Shown: positions 11,605 to 23,730 of the stretch, piece by piece | Layout of the letters: each line of letters starts with the position of its first letter | Numbering within the stretch: the first letter of the stretch is position 1 | Source of the DNA: Antedon mediterranea | Lineage: Eukaryota > Animalia > Echinodermata | DNA: 64,000 bases | Reading direction: 5' to 3' | NCBI RefSeq assembly: GCF_964355755.1 | Contig: NC_092674.1 | Location: 18,724,001-18,788,000, forward strand | Notes under the pieces: generated by a model | The model's input: only the letters and a program-made list of their open reading frames with translations | The model's database searches: none | What the model was told of the DNA's origin: nothing | Translations under genes and position numbers: made by a program

Positions 11605-14600
11605 ATGGCTACGCCAGCTACCACGAAACATACCATGCATACCACGCATTCTATTGTGTTGCGTCTGGGTTTGTTCTTTATTTTCATCATGTGCAATATT
11701 ACTGAGCATATTCGGAGTTGTGATCATCAAATTCATTCCGGTGGTGATCAGTTTGTGCGTTCGTGTTTTGATCAATGCGATGTGGTCTTTTATTCGCGAG
11801 ACCATGATGTGTCGGTAACTGCCGGCTGGGCTGATCTTTATATTATTTCAACCAGTCGTTCCAACCACGGTGGATCAACGTTCGTGTTACCCAGGCGGAA
11901 TAAATACAGTTCTCCCCGTTTATACTACGACAATTCTGTGGCAACATTTACTATGCTGTTGTTAAGCGGCGATGTGGAGCCTAATCCAGGACCAACTAAT
12001 TCGTTTGATCAATCGGAACATCATCTCAACGTGTACTACCAGAATGTTCGCAGCCTAAAGAATAAGGTAACCTGTTACAAAACTGAACTTGTTAGTCATC
12101 TATTAGCTAACAAATTCCAAATAGTGGGCTTATGCGAAACCTGGTTAAATGACACTATACTAGATGCCGAACTGGCAGTTCCTGGATTTCATTTACATAG
12201 AAGGGACCGAGACGATGGAAGAAGAGGAGGTGGTGTCTTGCTCCTTGTGTCTGATAATTTTCAATCCAAGAGACTTGACATCGTGAACTGTCACAACTTA
12301 GAAGCAATTTTTGTGGAAATTCAAGCCTCTCGAAGAAAGAAACTAATTGTTGGCGTTATCTACCGTCCACCTGACAAGGACTCTCGCTACACCGAACTTA
12401 TGAGCTCGGCAATCGAACAGATATCTAGCCAAAAACCTGATGCTGATTTTCTTGTGTTCGGTGATTTTAACTTTACTAATATTTTATGGACTCGATTTCC
12501 TGCCTCGTCAAACAATAATGAACCGATTTTCTTGGACTCTATTTTTAATCCTTTTTCTTTTTATCAATGTAATAAAGAACCTACTTGTAATGGTAATATT
12601 TTAGACTTGATACTCTGTAATAAGGATATTTCAAATAGTGTATACTGCTGTAATGATATTTTTAATTCTGATCATTCGTCTTTAACTTGTTCTTATTCGT
12701 TTTATTCTGGTATTTCTGCACAAAATGTTAAGAATTCTCGATATTTTTATAATTTTAAGAAATTAGATCATGCTGACTTAATTGAAACTCTTAATCGTGT
12801 TCCCTGGAACCTTTTAGACTTGTGCAATAATGTTGATGATTCTGTTGACCTTTTTTATGATTTAGTTTTAGCTACCATTCGTGATCTTGTTCCAATGTAT
12901 AAACCACGCAGGAAGCTACCTCCATGGTTCGATGCTGAACTACTTGCTAGTCTTAAGGCTAAAGAACAATCCTTTAAACAAAAGAAGAAGCATCCTTCTG
13001 ACTTCTATATTTCACTATTCAAAGTAGCCCGGACCAATTTCAAAAAACTTTGTCGAAGTAAGTATTATTCATACTTACAGTCACTTGCTAATGAAATGAA
13101 AAATAACAAAAAAAAATGTTGGTCTTGGATGAAAAAGTCTTATAAATCAAATGACTCGCAGCCTTCAGCATTGAATCATGGAGGTTCTTCAGTGTATTCG
13201 CCTTATGAAAAGGCTGAAATGTTTAATAAATATTTCCACTCTATTTTTAAAACTGGTGGTACTGGTTCATCTGTCGATCTTCCCCCTCTTCCTGACTACC
13301 CCATTGGTAAACTCTGTTCTATCCCCATTGTCAGAACTGAAGTCGCTGAACTTCTTAATTCTATTGATACTCGTAAAGCCCCGGATAATGATCTCATACC
13401 TAACAACATTCTCAAGCTTGGTGCTAACCCTTTATCTTACCCTTTAAGTCATTTTTTTTCTCGATCCTTATTCGATGGTAATTTTCCCTCTCTTTGGAAA
13501 AGGGCTGATATTATTCCCATTCACAAGGGGGGTTCTAAATCTTTAGTTTGTAATTACCGCCCCATTTCTTTACTTTCTGCTCTTTCCAAAACTTTCGAAC
13601 GCTTAATTTATCGTCATGTCTTCACGCACGTTTCTCCTGTTCTTAGCCCCTTCCAACATGGTTTCTTCCCCAAAAGATCTTGTCTCACTAATCTTACCTC
13701 TCTGTTACCTTTTGCCTACTCTGCTATCGAAAGCAAATCTCAACTTGATGTTATTTACACTGATTTTTCGAAAGCCTTTGACCTCGTCTCCCATCAACTT
13801 CTTGTCCATAAACTTTCCAAATTTGGTATTTCTGGCCCTATCCTTAAATTATTTGTTAGTTACCTTGATTTCAGGAAGCAACGCGTTATGTTTCAAGGTC
13901 AAGCTTCTGATTGGCTCACTGTCTTGTCTGGGGTCCCCCAGGGCTCGATCCTTGGTCCCCTTTTATTTAATATCTTTATCAATGATCTCCCTTCTAATCT
14001 TTCTTCTTCTTGCTTACTTTTTGCGGATGATCTTAAACTCTTTAATACTATCAATGGCCCTAATGATACTGTTTCCCTTCAAAATGACCTTGGTACACTC
14101 TTCAGATGGACCACCACCTGGAAGCTGAGTTTAAACTTACCAAAATGCAAAATTATGACGATTACTAAGAAAAGACAATATATCCAATATGATTACAGCA
14201 TTAATAATCATGTTTTGGAAAGAATTGATCGTCATAAAGATCTTGGTATTATTATCGACTGTAACTTAAATTTTATTCCTCAAGTTGATGCTGCTGTTAG
14301 TCAAGCAAATAGAATGTTAGGCATGATACGTCGTAATTGCTGGTGTTTTAAAAATTCTAATACTTTAATTAATTTATATGTTTCTCTTGTCCGTCCCCAT
14401 CTTGAATACTGTAGTGTTGTGTCTAATTCGTTTTCGTCTGTTCATAGTACCCGTCTTCAAAGAGTCCAAGATCGTTTTGTTCGTTTTGTGTATTCTACTT
14501 GTCACTGTCCTCCTTTGTCTGTCTCTCTTCCTTCGCTTGTCTCTCGTCGTTCTATGTTCGATCTTCAGTTTTAGTATAAATGTATGAATTCCCGTTTCAA

Positions 14601-14832
14601 TTGTAATTTTATCTCCTTGTTTTCCTTTCATGTTAAAGCTGTTGGTTGTCGTACTCGTAATTCCAAATGTAATCTTCTTTATGTGCCGTATTGTCGTGTT
14701 AATGTTACCAAGAATGGATTTATTTCACGTATTTGTCTTCTTTTTAATAATTGTGTTGTTAAAGATAATTCTATTGATCTCTTTTTTGACCGTTATAATT
14801 GTTTTTGTAATAAAATTAGTAAAATTGTATAA
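11605..14832 (+). CDS. LINE polyprotein: hydrophobic leader-2A-APE-RT, with one in-frame TAG at 14572-14574
   Basis: The 989-aa ORF has YQNVRSL, CETWL, GDFN, SDH, NYRPISLL, GVPQGSILGP and FADD. The ORF at 14584-14832 continues in the same frame after the TAG. Confidence 0.92.
11935..11994 (+). other. 2A (StopGo) ribosomal skipping peptide
   Basis: SVATFTMLLLSGDVEPNPG|P matches the D(V/I)ExNPGP consensus with an upstream hydrophobic run. It lies directly before the APE domain. Confidence 0.92.
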
Positions 14833-14953
14833 ATTTGTATTGCTAGATTTTAAGATTTATATATATTTTTATATGGTATAGTTTATTCCATTCTGTAAGG
14901 GGCGGGTTTCCCGCTGTTGAATGAGTTTGAATAAAATAAAAATAAAAAATAAA

Positions 14954-17064
14954 CTTCAATGTAGCCCTAATTCCAGGATGCGATAGTGAATGTAACGAAT
15001 CGAAAACGGCCCTGCGCAACTCCTTAGGGACGAAAGGTCGAGGAGTGCCCGTACTTATGTCACATACGATAGTTCCATCACTGGTGGCTATTGGTGCGTC
15101 ATGTAAATCAAAAGTTGACTCCTGCAAATGACGAAGTAACTCCTCATCATTCTTCTGCTGCTCGGCCATGACTGTGAAGTCAATGACATCTGACGACTTC
15201 GCAGTAAGGACAGGTGTGTTAAAGGTGTTAAGATTGATGCGAGATAATGCGTCTGCAACTTCGTTTTGCGAACCCTTAACGTGTCGGACATCGGTGGTAA
15301 ATTGTGAGATGTAATCTAGGTGACGAATCTCTCGAGGTGAGTAGCGGTCCGAGCTTGCTTTCAGTGCAAATGTGAGCGGTTTGTGGTCTGTGAGGATGAA
15401 AAATTCCCTTGCTTCAAGCAAATGACGAAAATGTCGGATAGCAAGGTAAGCGGCTAACAGTTCTCGTCCGAATGTGCTGTACCTTGTTTCAGCTGGATTC
15501 ATTCTGCGCGAGAAGAATGCGATAGGATGCCAGACGTCTTTTACCATCTGTTGTAGCACACCACCAACCGCAAAGTTAGATGCATCAACCATTAAACATA
15601 ATGTGGCGGATGAATCGGGATGTTCCAGATAAGTTGCCTCTGCAAGTGCTACTTTAACAGCCCCAAAGGCCGTAATCGCCGTCGGTGGTAATGTAATTGA
15701 TTTTCGAGGTTTACCTGCCAGTAAATCAGTCAACGGATGAACTATATCTGAACATTGAGGAATAAAACGCCTGTAGAAGTTGATTAATCCTAAGAATTCA
15801 CGCAGTTTACGGACTGTGTCGGGTACAGGAAATGTTTCGATAGCTTCTATCTTGGAACGTAGTGGTCGGATACCCATGTCATCGATATGATGTCCCAGAA
15901 ATGTCAAAGACGAAACTCCCCATTCACATTTGACAGGATTAACTACAATACCAAATTCTTCAAGACGGTCGAACAACAACTTGAGGTGAATTTCGTGTTC
16001 TTGTTCGTCATTGCTGGCTATGAGAAGATCGTCGATGTATGCGTATACAAAATCCAAACTACGTAAAACTGTATCGATGAACCGCTGGAATGTCTGTGCT
16101 GCGTTTCTAAGTCCAAACGGCATTCTTAAAAATTCGAACATCCCAAATGGTGTCGTTATTGCGGTTTTCGGCACATCTTCTGGTGATAGGCTCGTACCAG
16201 GTCAATCTTAGAGAAAACTTTCTTTCCCTGAAGCGTAGCTGTGAAATCGTGAATATGAGGGATTGGATATCTATCCGGAACTGTAGCATTATTGAGGGCT
16301 CTGTAGTCTCCACATGGTCTCCAATCACCTTCTGTTTGCTTCGCAACCATGTGAAGCGGCGAAGACCAGCAACTTTTTGACGGTTGAATAATGCCCAGCT
16401 GAAGCATATGGTCGAACTCAGCTCGTGCGATTTTGAGTTTCTGTGGAGCCAATCTCCGAGGTCGGGCAGCGATCGATGGACCTTTGGTAGTTATACGATG
16501 AGTGACATCATGCTTAAGTTTGGCCTCTTTGAAACTCGGACGTGTAATTTTGGGAAAATATTTGCCAAGTATTGATTCATAACGTGAATCAATCACAGGT
16601 CGAGGCAAAACAGGACTAAGCGAGCAGAGATTAGATGCAGTACCTTGCACACTTAAATTAGTAGTAGAATAAATTAACTTGCGATGTTTAACATCGACTA
16701 ACAAACCAAAATGTTGCAGAAAGTCTGCGCCGACAATTGCTGAGGGGACATCGGCTATAGTAAACACCCATCTGCATGTCCGTCTAAAACCAAAATCAAG
16801 TGTTAAAGATCGTTCACCATAGGTGTTGATTTGAGAGTTGTTAACTGCTTGCAAAACAAAATCACTTTTTCGCTGTTGACGGTCTTGTTTTGTTGCAGGA
16901 AGGACGCTAATCTCGGCTCCTGTATCTACTAAAAACTTTAGTCCAGTATCTCTATCATAAATGTGAAATAAGCAACTATCAGAAACGGTGCCGGACGAAT
17001 TCGTCGCAGTTATTCGCCGGCTTTGGAGTTTTCCGAAGTTGGGAAACTGCATAGCGACCTGCAC
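14954..17064 (-). pseudogene. Gypsy pol: protease, RT, RNase H, start of integrase zinc finger
   Basis: Motifs [43 protein letters not shown] and HSLSHPG. The frame is broken by a small deletion near 16175. Confidence 0.95.
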
Positions 17065-17894
17065 CTACGTGCTGCCTTGCCAAACCGGGTGTGATACCAG
17101 CACTGCTCTGAGTCATTTTCATTGGTTTGTGTTCGTTTAGCACTGGAAGAACGGTTCCGATTTCGGCTTCTGCTCCTGCTCTTATCCCGATGTTGATCGT
17201 TTGCCAAGGATGATACCATTGCGGTCAACTTGTTAATTTCAGCTCGTAGCGTTTGAATTTCGTTTCGGTCGGCGTTAGCACTTGTCGGGTTAGAGATTAC
17301 GGCTAATCTGGGTTGGCTGGGAGACACCTCTAAAATTCTGTCGGCTAATTCCGCTATCTGAGCGACGGTAACGTTTCCGCCTGTTGCGGCTAAAATCAGT
17401 TGCACGTTATTGGGCAATCGCTGAATGAACAACTGTTTCAAGATCGAATCCTCTAATGTGCGGCTGCCTAACAACTGATACATTTTGCGCAATAGTTGTG
17501 TTGGTTTTCTGTCACCCAATTCCTCCGTAGTGAGCAGTTGGTGCAACCGTTTCTTCTCCGAATCGGAGGTCCGCTTAATTAACTCTTCCTTTAACTTGCT
17601 GTATGGACCCTCAGCAGGAGGAGCTAAGAGCAGAGCACGTACCTCTTGGACGATCGAAGGCTGTAACGACGCCACGATACAGGCAAATTTCGTAGCTTCC
17701 GTGGTAATATTGCGAGTTGCGAACTGCGCTTCCACTTGGGCGAACCATATCGCGGAATCGTTAGCCCAAAATGGTGGTAGCTTGAGGGTAAATGCCGCTA
17801 AAGGTAATGCGCGTTGCGTGGCGACTGGTACCCCAGCATTACCTCCCGCTTGATCCACAGCAACTGCTGCTTCGGCTGGAGGAGGATCTTCCAT
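17010..17894 (-). CDS. Gypsy gag
   Basis: Intact 294-aa ORF with LPPFW...[15 protein letters not shown] and a C-terminal [12 protein letters not shown] motif typical of this Gypsy gag class. Confidence 0.93.
   Translation of the reverse strand: MEDPPPAEAAVAVDQAGGNAGVPVATQRALPLAAFTLKLPPFWANDSAIWFAQVEAQFATRNITTEATKFACIVASLQPSIVQEVRALLLAPPAEGPYSKLKEELIKRTSDSEKKRLHQLLTTEELGDRKPTQLLRKMYQLLGSRTLEDSILKQLFIQRLPNNVQLILAATGGNVTVAQIAELADRILEVSPSQPRLAVISNPTSANADRNEIQTLRAEINKLTAMVSSLANDQHRDKSRSRSRNRNRSSSAKRTQTNENDSEQCWYHTRFGKAARRCRSLCSFPTSENSKAGE
17028..17034 (-). promoter_or_regulatory. Putative gag-pol -1 frameshift slippery site G_GAA_AAC
   Basis: It sits in the gag/pol overlap, with pol in the -1 frame. 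Six nt downstream is a GCCGG...CCGGC stem containing GACGAATTCGTC. Confidence 0.7.
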
Positions 17895-18127
17895 TTTCGC
17901 CTCAAAAAATTAATAATTGTTTTAGGTCTACCTTATAATTAAAAGTAAACTGTGTAACAGAAATGTTTTCAAAAATAGTTGTACGTAGTACTATATATAT
18001 AGTACGATCAATGCTGTTTGCTGCCTCGTATACAGGATAGGCTTAGATAGGCCGAGTATCGCTAATAATACAAATGTTACATACAAGAAGTACAGCCTAC
18101 AGATGAATACTCCACTAGTCCATACGA

Positions 18128-18145
18128 ATCACGTCGGGGTCACCA
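18128..18145 (-). other. Primer binding site, tRNA-Trp
   Basis: The minus strand reads TGGTGACCCCGACGTGAT, the classical tRNA-Trp PBS, 1 nt from the 5' LTR. Confidence 0.93.
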
Positions 18146-18146
18146 C

Positions 18147-18654
18147 TTTAGGGAATAAGTAATTCGGTCTTTACTTACCCTATTTAGAATACGGTAATGG
18201 AGTATTGTAGCAGTCAAACGATGTCCAAAGCTGGAAGTATCCTAGGCTCGAAGTAATAAACTATACGGAGTGTAGAAACCACATATCCACACGAAGCGCG
18301 TACGTACGTGCGCAGTGTAAGGTTAGGCTAGGCTAGTTCAGGACAATAATATATACAACGGTACAATAATTGAAAGACGATAACATACAGTAACACGTAG
18401 TAAAATATGTAAAGTTAAAACGCTAAATATCAAAATGTAATAGTGCTAATAATTAGGACAACTAATTATTATCGTAAAACTTGTATTAAAACTCGCAATG
18501 GTTTGCTCATAAAAAATGTCGATGTCTTCTCGTTGAAAACTTGACGCAGAGAGAGAGATCGCTCGTTGCGCGTTCGCTATATATTTACAACAGCAATTTG
18601 CATAACTTTACGCGTTGAGCGCACACACGCAAATATGTGTGTGAAGTTCCTACA
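18147..18654 (-). repeat. 5' LTR of the Gypsy element (508 bp)
   Basis: Direct repeat of the other LTR, adjacent to the PBS. It starts TGTAGG and ends CCCTAAA. Confidence 0.97.
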
Positions 18655-18699
18655 ACCTACCCCCTAGACAGTTACCCCCTTAGGATAACTAACCCCTGT

Positions 18700-19852
18700 T
18701 TTAGAGTTAAATAGGCAAAAGGGGCAACATATAAAGATATAGCCATGCAGTATGTGAGTTATGTTCGTAAAAACTTTGGAGATTCATGCATTGTGTTTGA
18801 TGGGTATGAAAAGGGACCATCAATAAAAGACCATGAGCATCAAAGGCGTGTTGGAAGAACATCCGCCGATATTCAACTGAATGAATTAATGCAAGCACAT
18901 CGTAATCAACACATATTTCTATCGAATGAGAAAAATAAATGTCAATTCATTGAATTGTTAAGCTGCTACCTCAAAAAAGATGGGCATGTAGTTCATACAA
19001 GTACCGGAGATGCTGATACAATGATTGTTTCTTTTGCTCTAGAGTACGCACGGCAAGGGCAAACTGTTGATGTGTGGTAGCCGATGACACAGACGTGCTT
19101 GTGTTGCTGATGTACCAACTATGGCAGATATATACTTCCATTCTGAAGCAAAACAGTCATATAATAAAGAACTAAAGTTGTGGAAAATTCGTGATCTTGT
19201 CAAGAATACTGGCAATGATGTAACATCACATTTGTTATTCGCTCATGCTTGGAGTGGCTGCGATACGATATCTGCCACATTTGGCCAAGGAAAAACTAAA
19301 AACTGAAGAAAATCCGTAGTTCCAAGGAATTACAACAGTTATCCAAGTCAATTAGTGATGAGAGTGCAACAGCAGAAGATATTGGAAAAGCTGGACTTGA
19401 AGTATTTAAAATAATCTACGGTGGCAAAAACTGATGAATCTTTAAACAACTTACGGTATGTGAAATTTATGGAAATGGTAGCATCAAAATCGTCTATTGA
19501 GCCTCAAAAACTTCCACCTACAGAGAGAGCAGCATATTTCCGTAGTCTGCGGGTACATTTACAGATACTTGTGTGGTCAAAACTAAATACTGACTTGTAC
19601 CCTTTACAATCGGGTTGGAAATGCGAAGGAACCCATCTAACTCCAATCATGACAGATTCTGCTGCAGCACCAGACACTTTACTAAAGTTTGTTCGTTGCA
19701 AGTGCAAATTATCATCCAACAACCCATGTGGTACAAATTTATGTTCATGTCTTAAAAATGGACTGAAATGCGTAACATCATGTGGAGATTGCAGAGGGGA
19801 CAGTTGCAAAAATTCAGAGGAATTGGTTGTTGACGAATCAGATGAAGACTAG
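18700..19852 (+). pseudogene. C-terminal part of Academ-type protein: XPG/FEN-like nuclease + Cys-rich finger
   Basis: Motifs VFDGY, GDADT, DDTDVL, HAWSGCDT, LPPT and CKC...C...CSC..NGLKC..C..C...C.N across three frameshifted ORFs. Confidence 0.85.
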
Positions 19853-20695
19853 TGAAAAAGAATGGTATGGCCTAATTTTATAATTAAGTCGATTTTATTA
19901 CAAAATGTTCCATCTTTTCTATATTGTTATTGTACAAGTTTATGGTTTCAAAATGGCCTTTTTAATGTCGTTTATTTTAAAAACTTGTCATTAGCCTGAA
20001 TAGAAATTTTCACTTTACCAACAATTTAAGACCAATTTTAAATTTGTGCACCCAGTATTTATTGAGATATCGAAATATGAGGTCAAATGTCAAGATGTCA
20101 AGAAATAAACTTTCCCGCCATTTTTTGACAAAGAATTTCATAAGAGCAAATAGAAATATGTACATAACAAACAATTAGAGACCAAATTAAAGACTCTACA
20201 GTTAGCGGTTTCCAAGATATACAATCATAATGACTGTAAGAGTAGTTTTTTAAGTAAATTTACAAAAAAAAAGTAAAACGCGTCTAAAAAATTTCCCCAA
20301 GTTGGATTTTTGTCGATTTTGGATATGTTATTCTCCATAAAATTGCGCTTCCAACGATGTAAAAATTTGCTTTGTACCATTTTTTTTCCCCGGTTCAACC
20401 CTTCAACTACCAGACTTTATATGTCTGATTCAAATAAGTGTCGCCTACGTTCAACAGTGTTCTCCCCAGGATTCACATCAAGCGCCACGAAGTAGGGCCT
20501 AAAACATTCTAGCACCGATGTACAAATGTACCTTAAGTTAAGTGAAATAAGACTTTAGCGCACTAGCAAATAGGAAAACGATCGTAGCCTTCTTGAATGT
20601 ATTATACGATCAAAGCAGCTAGCATTGAATTGCGCCTAGAAATCATTTGATGACGTGCGTATGTTACCGACGAAAGAGTAAATCCCACCGATAGA

Positions 20696-22940
20696 CAGTG
20701 GTGGCGCCAGCGGGGGGGGGGGGGGTCTACGGGGGATCTAGCCCCCTCGTCGGGGAGCCTAGCCCCCCCGTCGGGGAACACGGGTACTTTTTGTCGGGGA
20801 ATATAATATACAGTAAAAAACGTTCGCGTTCACTTCATGCTTCAGCGCCTAGAAAACCACGACGTTCCATTGACCGTGAGAGTACGTCAGAGGGCTATTA
20901 TGCCCTTTTATGCATTCATTTATTGCCAGCGATCTAACTTACTACTAAACATTAGCTAGGTACGTACTTGTCTGGCGGTATCCCTTTTTACGAATCGTGA
21001 AGCTACGAAGTGAACGCGAACGAATTATATTCCCCGACAAAAAGTACCCGAACCGTCGGTAAACTTCGCCTGGAAAATAACTACATTACACATTTTGGTC
21101 CCTGGATGGAACTTGATATCACGCGTCTCGACCCAACGTTGAACGATTCGTACAAAGGGATACCGCCAGACAAGTGCGTACCTAGCTAATGTTTAGTAGT
21201 AAGTTAGATCGCTGGCAATAATGAATGCATATAAATTGCATAATAGCACTCTGACGTACTATCACGGTCAATGAGACGTCGCGGTTTTCTAGGCGCTGAA
21301 GCTACCAAGTGAACGCGAACGTTTTTTACTGTATATTATATTCCCCGACAAAAAGTACCCGTGTTCCCTTCGGTAACCGTCGGTAAACTTCGCCTGGAAA
21401 ATAACTACATTACACATTTTGGTCCCTGGATGGAACATGATATCACGCGTCTCGACCCAACGGTGAACGATTCGTACAAAGGGATACCGCCAAACAAGTG
21501 CGTACTAGCTATTGTTTAGTAGTTAGATCTCTGGCAATAATGAATGCATAAAAGTGCATAAAAGCCCTCTGACGTACTCTCACGGTCAATGGAACGTCGT
21601 GGTTTTCTAGGCGCTGAAGCTATATGAAGTGAACGCGAACGTTTTTTACTGTATGTTATATTCCCCGACAAAAAGTACCCGTATTCCCCGACGTGGGGAC
21701 TAGGCTCCCCGACGAGGGGGCTAGAGCCCCCGTAGCCCCCCCGCTGGCGCCACCACTGAACACGGGTACTTTTTGTCGGGGAATATAATATACAGTAAAA
21801 AGCGTTCGCGTTCACTTCGTAGCTAGCTTCAGCGCCTAGAAAACCGCGACGTTTCATTGACCGTGAGAGTACGTCAGAGTGATATTATGCACTTTATATG
21901 CATTCATTATTGCCAGCGATCTAACTTACTACTATTACTAAACAATAGCTATAGGTACGCACTTGTCTGGCGGTATCCCTTTGTACGAATCGTTCAACGT
22001 TGGGTCGTGATATCATATCAAAATGTGTACTGTAGTTATTTTCCAGGCGAAGTTTACCGACGGTTACATCGTGTACTGCGTCGACGTACGCTACACTACA
22101 GCAAAAACGAATTATGTTAATTGTTCGTATGTTCACCAATTTTTTAAGTTACAAAGTAACCTTCTGTACCGTGGGGCACCTAAAATAAATTTTTCATCCA
22201 TTATTAAACAAAAAAACATGCCATTTTCGCTTAGCCAACATCTTATTATAGCTAAGTTATTACATTTTCAATGTCCTGTATGTCATGAATTTCTCACCAC
22301 TCGGAAGTCCAGATAGTACGCACGCATACACTTGGGAGGAATAAACTTATTTCCCCGACTGAAAAAGGTCTACGCTTGCGTTTTTTAAGCCTCTAGGCCT
22401 GATGTTTCCAAAGTATAAAATGCAATTTTTTGAAGACCTGCAGCTCTAGTTTTAAACAGTTTCTTAGCTCAGCCCCAACAATAAAGCTGGTCATATTTCG
22501 AAGTACAAGAAGTGCATTTTCCGGGACCTAACATCTCTATTTTTCAAACATTTCTTAGCTCAGTCACAACCATGATTGGGACTTATATATTTTGTTTCAT
22601 GTTTTGAAGTATATTAAGTCCAATTTCCGGGACCTCCAACTCTATTTTTCTAAATTTTCTTTGAACTTTTATTTTTTAAATTGAAAAATATGGATTGAAA
22701 CAGTCATCGCGCATCGTTTTTTTGCACGCAGTATTTTATTTATGCATTATAAAAAATGGAAAAAATGGCTACCCTAAATCTGATTAAAATGACCTCAAAT
22801 GACGCTAGAACGCGTTGCTTCCGGGGGCTTCGCCTCCTGGACCCCCGCCGGGGGCCCTTGGCGGTCCCCTGTCCCCCAGCCATAGCCCCCTCGTCGGGGA
22901 ATGTAGCCCCCGCGTCGGGAAGATCCTGGCGCCACCCCTG
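20696..22940. mobile_element. Non-autonomous hAT element, internally rearranged
   Basis: TIRs CAGTGGTGGCGCCAG / CTGGCGCCACCCCTG, a perfect 8-bp TSD CCGATAGA (20688-20695 and 22941-22948), and subterminal TAGCCCCC/CGTCGGGG motifs. Confidence 0.93.
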
Positions 22941-23338
22941 CCGATAGAGTCGATTAATTCAGTATGATATTGAAAATAATAATATCATTGGTATTTATTT
23001 TTAATACACATAACATTTTTACAAGAAAAACAATACAATCAATCATTTACTTTATTTACAATATATAAGTTACTACATTTTAGACAACAGCCAAATACTA
23101 GAGATCGAAAGAGAGACATGGTAGTAACAAAACACTTGTTTACATCTCTCGGTGGCGGCCGGTGAAAGCGAGTCTCAGTTATTTAACACTTTGTTACGCA
23201 GTCTTTTGTTTTTCGTCTATTGGTCATGTCACGTGTCTCGTATGCATTAGGCTCTTTATGCATGCCGCGCCTCAGCTCTAGAGAAAGTACCGTACCTGCC
23301 TGTTAATCTATTTTTAGATTGTTGTGGTTGATATTTTT

Positions 23339-23434
23339 AAGCGTCACGGATAAGGTTTTAAGCGTCACGGCCGACCGTAAAGCGTCACGATAGAGAACCC
23401 AAGCGTCACGGTACCGTGACGCTTCAAAGGCCTG
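23339..23434. repeat. Cluster of AAGCGTCACG motifs, probable solitary DNA transposon end
   Basis: Four direct copies and one inverted copy, ending TTCAAAGGCCTG. No partner end was found. Confidence 0.55.
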
Positions 23435-23730
23435 GGGCAAGTACATGAAGTTACACTTAACAATTTGTAAATGGTACAACCGGAGGAAGTCTGAAAGCAA
23501 CAGCCATTTTAACCACGTTAACCACTGAAAGAAGAGACAGCTAGAGTGTGGAACTGTAGCTGAAACTTGGACACTCGAAAAGATAACTGGGTGTTGTAAA
23601 TCCACAGTATCAGAATAATAAGCAGTAGGCCTAGTATATTTCTATATTATTTGAATTGCATTGTGTAATAACAGTTGATTGTTGACATTTAAGTTACATA
23701 AGTGTTACCACACTGAAGCTAGTATTTACT

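Larger units (their letters stand above)
11327..14953 (+). mobile_element. Single-ORF CR1-like LINE inserted antisense into Gypsy pol
   Basis: A leader of about 280 bp, an APE+RT ORF, a GCGGG-TTT-CCCGC 3' hairpin and an (AATAA)n tail. Gypsy pol sequence resumes on both sides. Confidence 0.95.
9582..18654 (-). mobile_element. Full-length Ty3/Gypsy LTR retrotransposon (interrupted)
   Basis: Two near-identical LTRs, a 4-bp TSD ACCT (9578-9581 and 18655-18658), PBS, PPT, gag, and pol in PR-RT-RH-IN order. Confidence 0.98.
9092..20417 (+). mobile_element. Internally deleted Academ-like DNA transposon (host of the Gypsy insertion)
   Basis: Imperfect terminal inverted repeats of about 150 bp lie at ~9092-9245 (CTGGTAGTTGAA...GGAAAAAATGGTACAAAGCAAATTTTTACATC...) and ~20276-20417. 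They enclose an XPG/FEN-like nuclease plus Cys-rich C-terminus, the architecture known for Academ proteins. No TSD was resolved. Confidence 0.75.
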
